The notes under the pieces were generated by a model, which was not told where the DNA came from, did not search any database, and saw nothing but the letters and a program-made list of their open reading frames with translations. 52,067 nucleotides of DNA from a virus (lineage: Duplodnaviria; Caudoviricetes). The position numbers and the translations under genes are program-made. Position 1 is the stretch's first letter. Each line of letters begins with the position of its first letter. The DNA is taken from the IMG/VR virus record IMGVR_UViG_3300034691_000021, positions 1 to 52,067 of that record; one strand, written 5' to 3'. Shown here piece by piece: positions 16,338 through 26,598 of this stretch.

Positions 16338-19300
16338 TCAGTACCCCTTAGAGATGTAGTCAATCGAGCGGCCTGATTGGGCGACCCCACTGGAATTGCG
16401 GATAACCACCGTGAACCCGGTTGCTGTTTTGGCTGATACGTCCGGCCAATCGCCCGCCGCCAGACTTTGCGCGGTGATGCTTACGGCTGGGGAAGCGTTG
16501 AAAGGAGGCGTGTAGGTGACGGTTAGTCCGGTGTCAGGAACGACGATGTCGTTGCCGCTTTCAATGCGATCAGGCATGTCGATAACCACCTCAAGCTTCG
16601 AGACGTCGATCCAGTTGTTGGTCTGCTGTACCGATCCGCGCAGTTCAAAATCGAACAGGCGCGCCCGGTAATCACCAACCACAAATGGCTTCCAGGCTGA
16701 CCAGACTGGCGGCCCAGCGACATCGGATGTGCGCACCCATAGCGAAAGCGTGGCGCCATTTGGCGGGTCGCTATCCAGGCTGGTGATCGCATCGAAGTCA
16801 GAGATTGAGTCGATGTACGTGCCGTCGTCATACAGCGCCGCCACAACATCGGCGGTCAGTCGGCAGTCATAGACGTAGCCAAGATCCGACGGCGCGGTGA
16901 AGCTGTAGGTGAACGAGAGCAACGAACCGCCTGTCTTGTCGATCTCACCCAGCAACGCATCGATGTCAGGAATGTCATCGAATGCGCCAGAGCCACCCAT
17001 CCTCAGAAGGCCACCCGAAGCCGTGGCATTGACTGCTACACCCGGGAAGGTTGGTGATTCTGTGACCGTCAGTACGACGTTGTTCGGCAGCGGCACCTGC
17101 GCATCCGACCAAACCTCAGTGATCGGGCCACCAACTCCAGAGGAGTCGACCGCGCGCGCCAGGTACTTGCCGGGCAACAGTGAAACGACTGCCGACGTCG
17201 AGCGCCCCGCCACTTCTGTCAGCGGCAATGCCGCATCCCAGTTGGCCGAGGTGTTGCGCGAATGGCGAACGCTGATGCTGCCGCCGAGTTTCACGTCAAG
17301 CTCTGGAACCGGGTCCCATGCCAGTGTAGCCACGCTGTTGATCACGTCTAAACGAAGCCCGACCAAGGCCGAAGGTGGCGCCAGCAATGCCTGGGCGATG
17401 TAGGTCTGCACAAAGGCAGGGCCTGCAATGCCAAGCACTGACTTTGGCGTTACCCGAACAGACCATTCGCCAGACGAGGCCGCTTCGAAATCGATACTCG
17501 GCGACGAAACTTCGTTGACGTACTCCCAGTTTCCGCCCGGTTTCTTGGCTTCGATCTGATAGCGCATCGCACGCGCCGGCGGCGTCCAACTGACCGACAG
17601 CCTGGCAGCGGCCAGACCTGTGCCGGTATCGTAAAGCGACTCAAGGAACGTGAGCTGCCCAACCGCATCAGGAGCGCCAAAGTTGACGTTGCTGATCGGG
17701 TTGTCTACGTCCGGCGTGCCAAATTCGACCTCGTCGAACTTGTCAGGGTCGTGCGCAATGGCGCTGATTACGTAAGTCCCATCGTCGCCCTCGGCTATCC
17801 CGATCACGCGAAACTTCTGCGTTTCCAGTGCCGCAGTGGAAAACGTCCATGGGGCTGAGGCCAGTGGAGCTGAGGCCAGCGGCGGCGAAACAGTGACCGA
17901 CGAAGCGCCGGCAGCAATGGTTACGGACGCGGTTGCATAACTTCCGTTGGCAAGGACAACGCCAATCACACCTGTACCGGCCAAGCCAATAGGCGCATCC
18001 AGCAGCAGAGTCGAAGCCGTGCTTCCAGAAAGCAGTCGGCCGCCGTTCCTGGCTCCAGCCCGATTCGCGTCGGCGATATCGATGATGTCGCCCGGCAGCG
18101 GCAAAGCGCCATCGGCACCGGCGGCAAACGTCACCGCCTCGCTTTCGGCGTACAGCAGCCAACGGCCCAAGCGGCGAGCTTGCCCGCGCGAAGTGCAGCC
18201 GATGGCCACGACATCGCTTTGCTGGATACGGTTCCATTTCGCGATCAGCTCAGGGCGCTCGACGATCTCGACCGACTGCTTGTATTGCTGGAGTGGATCA
18301 TTCCACGTTACCGCCGCCACGTTGAAGCGCTGATCAGAGGCGACCGACTGATAGTTGAACTCGCCGCCGACCACGTTCGAGTTGTTGAACGGGTAACGGC
18401 TGGCTGAGCGCGGAGCATCCTGAACAGCGGTGAGTGATCCGCCAGCCCAGAAGCAGATAGCTCGGAACACCGATACCATGTCATTGACCAGCTTCCAGGC
18501 GTCCGCCTGAGTCGTCAGCGCTAGGTTGCAGGTGAAACGTGGTTCCATTGCGCCATAGCCATCAGGCACCAGCACGTCACAATACTGACCGATGCTGTAC
18601 AGCGAATATTTGTCGATCAGCGTGGAGTCGAGCAAGCCACCAAGCCCGTAGCGGGTATTGGTCAGCATGTCGTACCAGATCCACGCTGGGTTATCTGTCC
18701 ATGATCTGGTGAATGTGCCATCCCAGGAGCCGGTATAGGCGCGGGTCAGCGGGTTGTAGTTGCTCGGGATGAGTACCTTGATGCCTTTGATCATGAACGC
18801 CATGCGCGGAATGCTGGCGAACTGCTGGGCATCAATCGAAAGCCCGAGCATCGCAGTGTTCGGGTAGCGCAGCTTCTCATCCCAGATCAACGTCATGCTG
18901 TCGAAGAAGGACCGGTTCTGAATCGCGGCACTGCCTGAGTCGGCCGTCAGTCTGGTGGCCCGAACGTAACGCGGTAACCCGCCAGATACTGGAAGCCGCA
19001 GGTAGTAAGACATCTGCGTGCGGCTCATAGTCTTAGCGCCGACAGCCTGGTCATTGCACAGAGGAATCCAGGCGCCGGACCCTAGCTTTCCCTCAAGCCG
19101 GAACCAGAATTGCGAGCCGTTAGTGTCGCCGTTCGACGTGTTTTGCTCAGAAAGCTGTGGAGTGCTGATAGTGATCCGAACGGCATCAACATCAGTATCG
19201 GTGATGGCGCGCTCAATCGAGACGGCGTATTTCATCTCAATGCCGACTGACTGCTCAGCCTCAAGGCCGGTAATCGGCATGTACGTCTGCCACTGGGTGC

Positions 19301-19553
19301 CAGGGCGGGTATCAATGCCGACGTTGCTGAAGTTGTAACTGGAGTCAGAGTTCTGAAGCGGGACATCATCGAAAAAGATGCCCTGATTGCCGCCAACGAT
19401 GCCTTCGATCTCCCCTTCACTGATCGCATGCAGGACTCGCACATGCTGACGCGAGCGAATGCTGTCAGGCGCCTCTACAGCTGCCCGCGCAGACCCACTC
19501 CCGCCGCCACCCTTGCCGCCACCGCCTTTGCGGCCAACAATGACTTCGCTCAT
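16338..19553 (-). CDS. Central tail tip / host-specificity protein (lambda J-like)
   Basis: ISEGEIEG, WTDNPAWIWYD, GCTSRGQARRLGRW, FN3-like region. Confidence 0.92.
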   Translation of the reverse strand: MSEVIVGRKGGGGKGGGGSGSARAAVEAPDSIRSRQHVRVLHAISEGEIEGIVGGNQGIFFDDVPLQNSDSSYNFSNVGIDTRPGTQWQTYMPITGLEAEQSVGIEMKYAVSIERAITDTDVDAVRITISTPQLSEQNTSNGDTNGSQFWFRLEGKLGSGAWIPLCNDQAVGAKTMSRTQMSYYLRLPVSGGLPRYVRATRLTADSGSAAIQNRSFFDSMTLIWDEKLRYPNTAMLGLSIDAQQFASIPRMAFMIKGIKVLIPSNYNPLTRAYTGSWDGTFTRSWTDNPAWIWYDMLTNTRYGLGGLLDSTLIDKYSLYSIGQYCDVLVPDGYGAMEPRFTCNLALTTQADAWKLVNDMVSVFRAICFWAGGSLTAVQDAPRSASRYPFNNSNVVGGEFNYQSVASDQRFNVAAVTWNDPLQQYKQSVEIVERPELIAKWNRIQQSDVVAIGCTSRGQARRLGRWLLYAESEAVTFAAGADGALPLPGDIIDIADANRAGARNGGRLLSGSTASTLLLDAPIGLAGTGVIGVVLANGSYATASVTIAAGASSVTVSPPLASAPLASAPWTFSTAALETQKFRVIGIAEGDDGTYVISAIAHDPDKFDEVEFGTPDVDNPISNVNFGAPDAVGQLTFLESLYDTGTGLAAARLSVSWTPPARAMRYQIEAKKPGGNWEYVNEVSSPSIDFEAASSGEWSVRVTPKSVLGIAGPAFVQTYIAQALLAPPSALVGLRLDVINSVATLAWDPVPELDVKLGGSISVRHSRNTSANWDAALPLTEVAGRSTSAVVSLLPGKYLARAVDSSGVGGPITEVWSDAQVPLPNNVVLTVTESPTFPGVAVNATASGGLLRMGGSGAFDDIPDIDALLGEIDKTGGSLLSFTYSFTAPSDLGYVYDCRLTADVVAALYDDGTYIDSISDFDAITSLDSDPPNGATLSLWVRTSDVAGPPVWSAWKPFVVGDYRARLFDFELRGSVQQTNNWIDVSKLEVVIDMPDRIESGNDIVVPDTGLTVTYTPPFNASPAVSITAQSLAAGDWPDVSAKTATGFTVVIRNSSGVAQSGRSIDYISKGY

Positions 19554-20164
19554 ACAGGGATCGCCTCTGCCCATGTACCGATTGCGACCACGCTTGAGCC
19601 GACCAGCATCTGCCCGTAAACGACAGGAACCGGAAGGCCTTGCTGTGTGGAGTTGAACGCGCCGTTGAAGAGGTAGCTCGGCTTGTTTTCTGTGACGCCC
19701 TGCTCTTGCTGGCTTCCTGTTTTTGGGACTGGCGTGAGCATTTGGATGACTCCGCCGATCGTCATAGCGACGCCTACTTGCATCAGGGGTACGCCTATCC
19801 AGGCTTGGCCGAAAGCTGATGCAATTGCGCCGACAGCGATCAGAGCAACACCAACAATGGTCTGGAAAAGGCCGCCGTTCTTGCTTCCGGAGACGACCGG
19901 GACAATGCGAATCTCGGTTGTACCGCTGATGGTCAGGCGATCGACCCCAACGTTTTCACGGTTGCGGAAGATCGCGTACCTCATGCCGAGCCGGGCCTGA
20001 GCTCGAATAAAATCTTCGAACCCATCAATGGTGTGTTTAATGGCGCTGAAAGCTTCTTGCGTCGTGCCGGTTTCGAGCTGGCGAAAATGCTCGCGGCCGA
20101 ATGCCTGAGCCAGGCTGCCAGACAACAAAATCTTGGTCATGGCCGTGTTGTTGGCAGCAGACAT
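19550..20164 (-). CDS. Tail assembly protein I
   Basis: IRIVPVVSGSK, QGLPVPVVYG motifs. Confidence 0.9.
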   Translation of the reverse strand: MSAANNTAMTKILLSGSLAQAFGREHFRQLETGTTQEAFSAIKHTIDGFEDFIRAQARLGMRYAIFRNRENVGVDRLTISGTTEIRIVPVVSGSKNGGLFQTIVGVALIAVGAIASAFGQAWIGVPLMQVGVAMTIGGVIQMLTPVPKTGSQQEQGVTENKPSYLFNGAFNSTQQGLPVPVVYGQMLVGSSVVAIGTWAEAIPV

Positions 20165-20180
20165 ACTTTTCTCCAGGCAA

Positions 20181-20203
20181 TAAAAAACCGCCCGTAGGCG
20201 GTT
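20181..20203 (-). terminator. Intrinsic terminator after the lipoprotein moron
   Basis: aaccgcc-tacg-ggcggtt followed by TTTTATTGCC on the - strand. Confidence 0.6.
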
Positions 20204-20220
20204 CATTTGTTTTCAGTTGA

Positions 20221-20556
20221 TCAGATGCAGGTTTTGGCCGCGTCCTTCCATCCCTGCGTTCCTGTCCAGTCCGTCGGCAGAAACACGCGGACAGATGAGC
20301 CAGTTGCGCTCTCATCGATGACCGCAAGAGCGACGATACCAGTGAAGGCCGAAGAGGCTGCGATCTTGTACCCGGTTTCGGTTTCGACCGAACTGGTGGA
20401 TGAATTGAACTCCTGCCACTTCGGTGACAGGCACCGGGCCAGGCTCTGCGGGGTCTTGCTGGAGACTCCGGAGTAAGCCGGAGCATCTTGCTGGAGACCC
20501 GAAGTCGTGCAGCCGAACAGCATCATCATGAACAGTGCAGCAACGACCATACGCAT
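20221..20556 (-). CDS. Lipoprotein moron
   Basis: Lipobox LFGC; GGAGG RBS; own terminator. Confidence 0.75.
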   Translation of the reverse strand: MRMVVAALFMMMLFGCTTSGLQQDAPAYSGVSSKTPQSLARCLSPKWQEFNSSTSSVETETGYKIAASSAFTGIVALAVIDESATGSSVRVFLPTDWTGTQGWKDAAKTCI

Positions 20557-20690
20557 ATTGAGCCTCCAAGTGTTTTGGCGACTCTAGCAGGGAAGGCGCG
20601 GCTGTACGAATTCCCAGTAACGCCACAAGAGCATTGGATAGTAGTTTCTCGATGCCCGTTTTTGGGCGCCAATGGAAATGGAGAGCCACG

Positions 20691-21329
20691 ATGCTTGTTG
20701 TATCCCACTTTGAACTGCACGAAGCCGCCAGTCGCACACAGCCTTGGGGAAAAACCGAATACGTGGAGGACGCAGGTCAGTACTACAGTTTCCGAGAAAA
20801 ACCAGAACTCATACGGGAAGTGCTTGAGGACTTCAAGCCACACAACGACCAAAGAGCTGTGCAGCGCTTTTACGATCTTCTCGAGTGGCTAAACCAGCCA
20901 CGCGCCTTCTTTGAGACAAATGATTGCGCCCTGCGCCCACCAACAGATAACAACCACCCTCAGTTTCAATTTACCAAACGAGTTAGCGGAAGACTTGAGT
21001 TCTTCTATCGCGACCAAAAAATCAACCTGAACAAGGATTTGACCAGGTCGCTATACAGAGCGCTCAGTCTTCACCTCCAGGTAGAAAGGCCCGACTTTCA
21101 CAACGCCATCTTTGACATTTCCGGCGCTCCGACGGATTACATCGACCTGCCCGGGGGCGAGCATGAGCGTACAGGGGTGCGATTCAGCATCCATTTCAAT
21201 GCGTATGGAAATGGGGATGCGGATGCCTGGGACAATCTTTATGTCGCTATCGATGGCCTTTTTAACGCCTTCGAGGGAGTAGATCGGGAGCTCGACGGGG
21301 CGATACTGAAATTCCCCAAGCCCTGCTGA
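20691..21329 (+). CDS. Hypothetical protein, counter-oriented moron in the tail operon
   Basis: GGAGAG RBS before MLVVSHFE; fills the K-I gap on the opposite strand. Confidence 0.7.
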   Translation: MLVVSHFELHEAASRTQPWGKTEYVEDAGQYYSFREKPELIREVLEDFKPHNDQRAVQRFYDLLEWLNQPRAFFETNDCALRPPTDNNHPQFQFTKRVSGRLEFFYRDQKINLNKDLTRSLYRALSLHLQVERPDFHNAIFDISGAPTDYIDLPGGEHERTGVRFSIHFNAYGNGDADAWDNLYVAIDGLFNAFEGVDRELDGAILKFPKPC

Positions 21330-21339
21330 CTTCAGTGCC

Positions 21340-22077
21340 TCAATTAATTTCACAAGGTGCTCCTACATCTTTGTAGGTCAAGAAGTGCGTCGTGCGTTCG
21401 CGGAAAGCCGCGCCGTAGACTTCTCGACAGCTCAGTCGCCCATAGAGATGATGCAGCAGGATGTCGCCATCCAACCAGATCGCGCCGTGACACGGTGTTG
21501 GGCTACCGATGGCCATGATGACCACGTCACCATTGCGCGGCGTTCTGGTTTCGACGAAGCCAGCCTTGGCGAAGTTCTCCATGTAGAGATTCCCGCCGTT
21601 GTGCCACCAATCATCTGCCCGATAGAAGTCCAGCAGATCAATGCCACGCTCCTGTCGGTAGTAATCGCGAATCAGCGTGTAGCAGTCTATGGACCCGTGC
21701 ACGAATACGCGGCCTTCCAGCGGCATCTCGCCGGCGGCTGGCATCTCGTGCCAAGTTGCCACGCCGTCTTTCAGGCCGACGATCCACCACGCCATGCGGC
21801 TGACCGCGTGACTGGCAATATCGTGAAGGCTGGGTTCTGGGCCGGCGTCCGGGTGTGAGTGAACGACGGCGATGATGTCGCCAGCGTCTTCGGCCGCAGC
21901 GTAGTCTTCCGGGTGCAGAATGAAATGATCCAGCTCTTCCGACTGGTTGCGGCATGGGATGTACCGAGGCTTGCCACGGGCATTGATGACGAGACCGACA
22001 GCCTCGTGCGGGTACTCTGCAAGCGCATGCGCCTCGGCGTCCGCTCGGCATTTATTGAGCAATTCAGTCATGGTCAA
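21340..22077 (-). CDS. Tail assembly protein K (JAB + NlpC/P60)
   Basis: HSHP...PSLHD; DCY; H-G-A-I-W. Confidence 0.92.
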   Translation of the reverse strand: MTMTELLNKCRADAEAHALAEYPHEAVGLVINARGKPRYIPCRNQSEELDHFILHPEDYAAAEDAGDIIAVVHSHPDAGPEPSLHDIASHAVSRMAWWIVGLKDGVATWHEMPAAGEMPLEGRVFVHGSIDCYTLIRDYYRQERGIDLLDFYRADDWWHNGGNLYMENFAKAGFVETRTPRNGDVVIMAIGSPTPCHGAIWLDGDILLHHLYGRLSCREVYGAAFRERTTHFLTYKDVGAPCEIN

Positions 22078-22766
22078 AGTCTCGGAACGCGGGCGATGCC
22101 GGGGAAGCCGCCGAAGGGAAGCTCAGCGAATGGACCAAAGCGCAACTTGCAGCCCGTCATGGTTCGGCTGCACTGGTCTTTGGTCGGGTCGCTGGTTGGG
22201 TTGTTCGCGTAGTCCGCAACCGGCGGGCCGGCGTATCCGCACTCACTCGAGCGGTAAGCCCACAGGCAAGTGCCGGCCACTACCTGGCGCCGCGGCAGCT
22301 TCACGCCTTGCAGATCGAGCGGCGAGCCAAGATCGAATTCAATTGCGGTCGGCGTCTCGTTGACCTTGCGGGTGATGAACCATGTCTCTACCGGATATTC
22401 CTCGGCCGGGTTGGCCGTCGGATTACCGCTGACAAAGTTCACCGCATCCAGGTACTTGACCAGCGTGCGGCGCCGTTTGAGCTTGGCCCACAACAGGTCT
22501 TCATACTGCCGGCACAGCGCCGAAATGGTTCCGCCGAAGTTGCCGACCTGAAGCTTTGGCCGGGCCGGAGAACCCTGGCTCGGCGTGCCGAAATCCAGTG
22601 CCTGAAGTGGCCAAGGCGTATATGTAACCCCTTGCCAAATAACCGAACCCAGCAACTGATTGGTCCCAGCGTGGAAATGGAACGTCTGATCGGGAAGGAC
22701 AAGATCGAATCCTTCCCAGATCGCCAGCCCCTTCGCCAGCGATAGCTGCCCCTGAAGTTCACTCAT
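22074..22766 (-). CDS. Minor tail protein L
   Basis: CLWAYRSSECGY...C...GCKLRF Fe-S cysteines; FGGFPG. Confidence 0.92.
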   Translation of the reverse strand: MSELQGQLSLAKGLAIWEGFDLVLPDQTFHFHAGTNQLLGSVIWQGVTYTPWPLQALDFGTPSQGSPARPKLQVGNFGGTISALCRQYEDLLWAKLKRRRTLVKYLDAVNFVSGNPTANPAEEYPVETWFITRKVNETPTAIEFDLGSPLDLQGVKLPRRQVVAGTCLWAYRSSECGYAGPPVADYANNPTSDPTKDQCSRTMTGCKLRFGPFAELPFGGFPGIARVPRL

Positions 22767-23092
22767 TCGTAAACCTCCTCAAAGGTCGCTGACAGGCCAT
22801 CAACACCCTTGCCAATGTTGGTTCGCATCCACTCACGACACACAAACTTCCCGGTAGGCTGGCCGGTGTGCACGTAGTCGAACGCATCAATGGCGCCCCG
22901 CGCAGCAAGGAAGGCATCGATCAGGTCGATCTCTGCCTTGGGCCGCTTGAAGGTCAGCGAGTACTTGCGCGGCTGCCGGTTGATGCCAGTCCCCTGCCGC
23001 TGTTCGTACCCGTCGCCGAACTTGATGGGCTTGACCGTCGGGGTGACCGTCTTGCTGGCGTCGTAGGTCGGAACCCATGTAAATGTCGGCAT
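22763..23092 (-). CDS. Minor tail protein M (distal tail)
   Basis: FGDGYEQR...GIN, ATFEEV. Confidence 0.9.
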   Translation of the reverse strand: MPTFTWVPTYDASKTVTPTVKPIKFGDGYEQRQGTGINRQPRKYSLTFKRPKAEIDLIDAFLAARGAIDAFDYVHTGQPTGKFVCREWMRTNIGKGVDGLSATFEEVYE

Positions 23093-23101
23093 GACGCCTC
23101 C

Positions 23102-25873
23102 TTATGCGAGTTGCCCGCCGTTACGGCGAGCGGTGGCGATTTCCTGACGGCAGACGACCTTGATGGCTTCGGCCAGGCGTGCCGGATCAGGTGAAGCGCC
23201 GCCACCTTCGGAGGCATCCACCGTAACGTTGACCTGGATCGTGCTGGAGTTGGCCCCGCCACGGACGCCGAGACGTCCCTGCGAGTCGCGAGCCAGAGGA
23301 ACGATCGCCTCAGGCCCCGCCTCGCCCATCACGCCGGTTTTTCCGTTGGCCATGCCGAACGCTGTCGGGGTACTGACCACGCTGTCGGAGAAGGCGCCGC
23401 CATTGGCGAACATCTGCACGCCGCCGGACCACGCGCCGCCCTTCGCTTGCGGGAAGTACGTCGAGGAGTATCCAGCCTGCGTGGAGCCGGCCGAGGTCGC
23501 GCTGCCGCCGAAGTACGAGCCGGCCGCCGAAGCCGCCAGACCGAACAAGCCGCTCAATGCCGACGAGCTGGCCTGCCGTACCGCGATCCGCGCCATATCG
23601 GCGAGAATCGACTTGGCGAAGTCGGCAAACGACAGCTTGCCGGTCATGGCGAACTGGACAATGGCGTCTTCCATGGAGCTGAACGCGTTGGTGAACAGGC
23701 TTTTCGTCTGCCCAGCCACATCGCGCGTCGACTCCAGGTAGTTCTCCCAGGCCGACGATGCGCCAGCAGTCCAGCTTCCCTGCGCCGAAGTCATGTCGTC
23801 ATAGTTGGCGACCACCGTATTGCGCAGATCCTGCTGACTCTGTGCGACGGCTTTCAGCTTGGCGTTGTACTCGTCGAGGCTCATGCCGCGCGAGCCGTCG
23901 CCGTACTGGTTCGCCAGATCGATGCGCTGGGCGTTGGCCTTGTCGTCGATGCCATTGAACTGGCTTTGCAGCCCTTTCTGACGGTCACCCATGCCAAGAC
24001 TTGCCGCCTCGCGCTGCCCTTGCTGGCGGAGCGTGATGTTTTGCTGATTCAGCGCATCGGTGTAGGTCTGGATGGCCAAGGCCTGCTTCTTCAGCCGGCC
24101 CTGCTCATTGGTGGCGAGCACTTCAAGCTGGCTGTCGGCATCCTTCTGCGCCTTGACCATGTTGGTGCGGGCGTCGGCGATCTTCTCGTCGAGCTGAATG
24201 CGTTGAGCGCCAGTCGTGCCGGTCTTGTCCTTGACTGCCTCCAGTGACGCAATTTCAGCCTGATAGGCTCCAGTGACCTCTTCGCGCTCCGCCCTGATCA
24301 ACGCAGTGCGCTGGTCAAGGTAGTTCTGTTGAGTGATCAGGCCAGCCTTCTGCTGTGCCTCAAGCTCTTTCTCCGAATTGGAGTAAGTGGCCTGCAGTTC
24401 CTTGATTGCGTTCTGGGCGTCGTTGTAGCCGCTCAGGTTGAGCTGATTGGCTTTCCCGGCCGGCTCCTTGTTCTTGTCCTTTATGTTCTGGATGGTCTTG
24501 GCCACCAGATCAGCCTGGACCAGCGGGTTATTCGGATCGGCTTTGCGCAGATCCTCGACGTCCCGCTTGTACTCCTTGATCAGCTTGTTGCGCTTCTCCT
24601 CATTGGTGAGGTTCGAATCGCTGATCGCTTTCAGCTTGGCGGCGGCGTCTATGCCTTCGCGCTGAATCGTTGCTCTGTCGCCTTCAGCCTTCGAGTTCGC
24701 CTCGATCTGGACCTTGGCGCGTTTGAGGGCGCTGATCTGATTTTCGATGAACTTCGTCGAGTCGCTTCCAGCGCCGAGGCTGTCAGGGAACAGATTGGCG
24801 AGAAAACCGTCTTTACGAGACGCGAGCAGTTTTTCGCGCTCGGCAATCTGCGCATCAATCGACTGAGTGCGGCCAACATCGAGGGTTGCATCCAGCGCGC
24901 CGGCGGCGGCCGATTTGACCTTCTTCCAGGCGCTTTCGATCAGGCCAAGGTTGGCCGTGACGTCAGTAGTCCGGGTTTTGATCGTGTCGGCGTAGGTTTC
25001 CGTCAGCAGCTTGGCAGCGCCGATGGTGTCGCCCTGCTGATTCAACGCAACGATCTGCGAGTAAACAGCGGCAGTGAGGAAGTTGTACTGGTCGTTCAAC
25101 TCCTTCGCGGCGGCGACCGGGTCCTTGCCAATCTTGGCGAACTCGGCAACCGTCTCTTCGACGGCCTTGCCAGTGGCTGACTGCATCTCAAGCGCAGCCG
25201 TGGCCACGACGCCGAAGCTTTCGCCAGCGATCTTGCTGTTACCGGCAAGAGTGGCCAGCACTTCAGCCGCCGCACCGGTGGTTCCGATGGTTGAACTGAT
25301 CTGCGTGGCCAGCGAACTCAATTGGTCAGCGCTACTGCCCGCGGCGTTGCCGGTGAGGATCAGTGCCTTGTTGTAGGCTGTCGTCTCTTCGCTGCCCTTG
25401 TAGTAGGCAATGCCCAAGCCAGCAGCCGCAGCTGCAGCCAAGGTGAACGGATTGACCAGGCCAGCAACGTAGCCGCCCAGGGCGCGAGCAGCAGGACCAA
25501 TACCGCCGAACATATCCTTGAGCTGGCCGCCTTGTTGCAGGAGAACAGTTAGTGGAGCCTGACCACCTTGAAGGCTGGTGATGATATCAGTGACTTGAGC
25601 CGGTACGCCGCGCAATGCGGCAGCAGTTTGCGCCGCTGATACGCCTGTGGCCGCAGTCTGCTTGCCGAGCTTGGCCGTGGCAGCCTCAGCCGCTTTCGTC
25701 TCAGCCGCCATCGCCTTTATGGAGGCGCTGGCCTTTTTGCTCTCACCGGACAGGCTTTCCGTTGCCTTCTCGGCCTTCGCGCCAGCCTGCGCCAGGCTAT
25801 CCAGTTCCGTGGACGCCTTGGCTACGTCACCGGTTTCTACCTTGATCCCAAGGCTGGCGATGTCTTGTGTCAT
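23102..25873 (-). CDS. Tail tape measure protein (lambda H-like)
   Basis: 923 aa, helical; QQGGQLKDMFGG; MGEAGPEAIVPL. Confidence 0.93.
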   Translation of the reverse strand: MTQDIASLGIKVETGDVAKASTELDSLAQAGAKAEKATESLSGESKKASASIKAMAAETKAAEAATAKLGKQTAATGVSAAQTAAALRGVPAQVTDIITSLQGGQAPLTVLLQQGGQLKDMFGGIGPAARALGGYVAGLVNPFTLAAAAAAGLGIAYYKGSEETTAYNKALILTGNAAGSSADQLSSLATQISSTIGTTGAAAEVLATLAGNSKIAGESFGVVATAALEMQSATGKAVEETVAEFAKIGKDPVAAAKELNDQYNFLTAAVYSQIVALNQQGDTIGAAKLLTETYADTIKTRTTDVTANLGLIESAWKKVKSAAAGALDATLDVGRTQSIDAQIAEREKLLASRKDGFLANLFPDSLGAGSDSTKFIENQISALKRAKVQIEANSKAEGDRATIQREGIDAAAKLKAISDSNLTNEEKRNKLIKEYKRDVEDLRKADPNNPLVQADLVAKTIQNIKDKNKEPAGKANQLNLSGYNDAQNAIKELQATYSNSEKELEAQQKAGLITQQNYLDQRTALIRAEREEVTGAYQAEIASLEAVKDKTGTTGAQRIQLDEKIADARTNMVKAQKDADSQLEVLATNEQGRLKKQALAIQTYTDALNQQNITLRQQGQREAASLGMGDRQKGLQSQFNGIDDKANAQRIDLANQYGDGSRGMSLDEYNAKLKAVAQSQQDLRNTVVANYDDMTSAQGSWTAGASSAWENYLESTRDVAGQTKSLFTNAFSSMEDAIVQFAMTGKLSFADFAKSILADMARIAVRQASSSALSGLFGLAASAAGSYFGGSATSAGSTQAGYSSTYFPQAKGGAWSGGVQMFANGGAFSDSVVSTPTAFGMANGKTGVMGEAGPEAIVPLARDSQGRLGVRGGANSSTIQVNVTVDASEGGGASPDPARLAEAIKVVCRQEIATARRNGGQLA

Positions 25874-25897
25874 GCCACTCTCCTGACAATAAATTCA

Positions 25898-26215
25898 CTA
25901 CGCCTCAGCCATGACAGCGAGCGCTTCGGCCTCCATTACTTGAAGGTCAGGAAATAGTTCGGGGATTTGCCGCTTCTTGATGCCGATGAGGGATGCAACT
26001 TCGCGGATGACCGAGTAGTCGAGCCCGGTCGCTCCTGCAGCACCGGTGCGCCACTGGGTGCCTAGCGCATTGAACAGGCGGAAGACTGGCCAGTTGTCTG
26101 GCCAGATCTCCGTGTCTCCTTGATCAAGGTCGGCCAGGGTCATCCCTAACTTCGCCAGTTCCTCAGCATCTGCGCTGCGCTCGTACATCGCGCGCGCCGC
26201 GGCGATCAGTTTCCC
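25898..26215 (-). CDS. Tail assembly chaperone, frameshifted T portion (DUF1799-like)
   Basis: TQWRTG...GLDY motif; frame stays open back to the slippery site. Confidence 0.8.
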   Translation of the reverse strand, partial: GKLIAAARAMYERSADAEELAKLGMTLADLDQGDTEIWPDNWPVFRLFNALGTQWRTGAAGATGLDYSVIREVASLIGIKKRQIPELFPDLQVMEAEALAVMAEA

Positions 26216-26589
26216 CGGCGGGCTACCGCGTAGGCTGACTGATAGGCATCAATCACAGCTGCAGGCGCGCCGACGCAAGTCGTGACCAGCTCAGTGATCG
26301 CCTCATCGGTGAAGGCCTCTTCGAAGCTCCAGCCGACGACGATATCCTTGAGTTGACCAGCTTCCAGAGCAATCTGCCCGGCAGTAGCCTGCTCCCATGT
26401 GGAGCCATCCTTGATCGATTCCTTAATCAGGGCATCGCGCTCGGCGTTCCACTTGTCGTAGTACTTCGACAGCTCCTTGCGGTCTCGGTACTTGAACTCG
26501 AACTCAACCTTGATCGGTTCACCACCAACACGCGGGATCTCGACTTCAGCCTTGAACGTGGCGTTCTGGGCAATCTTGAAGCTGGCCAT
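26206..26589 (-). CDS. Tail assembly chaperone G
   Basis: Between tail tube and TMP; ends ...RRGN-stop. Confidence 0.85.
   Translation of the reverse strand: MASFKIAQNATFKAEVEIPRVGGEPIKVEFEFKYRDRKELSKYYDKWNAERDALIKESIKDGSTWEQATAGQIALEAGQLKDIVVGWSFEEAFTDEAITELVTTCVGAPAAVIDAYQSAYAVARRGN
26209..26215 (-). other. -1 ribosomal frameshift heptamer G GGA AAC
   Basis: X XXY YYZ immediately before the G stop; -1 frame reads GKLIAAARAMYE into the T ORF. Confidence 0.85.
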
Positions 26590-26598
26590 GTGGTTTCC

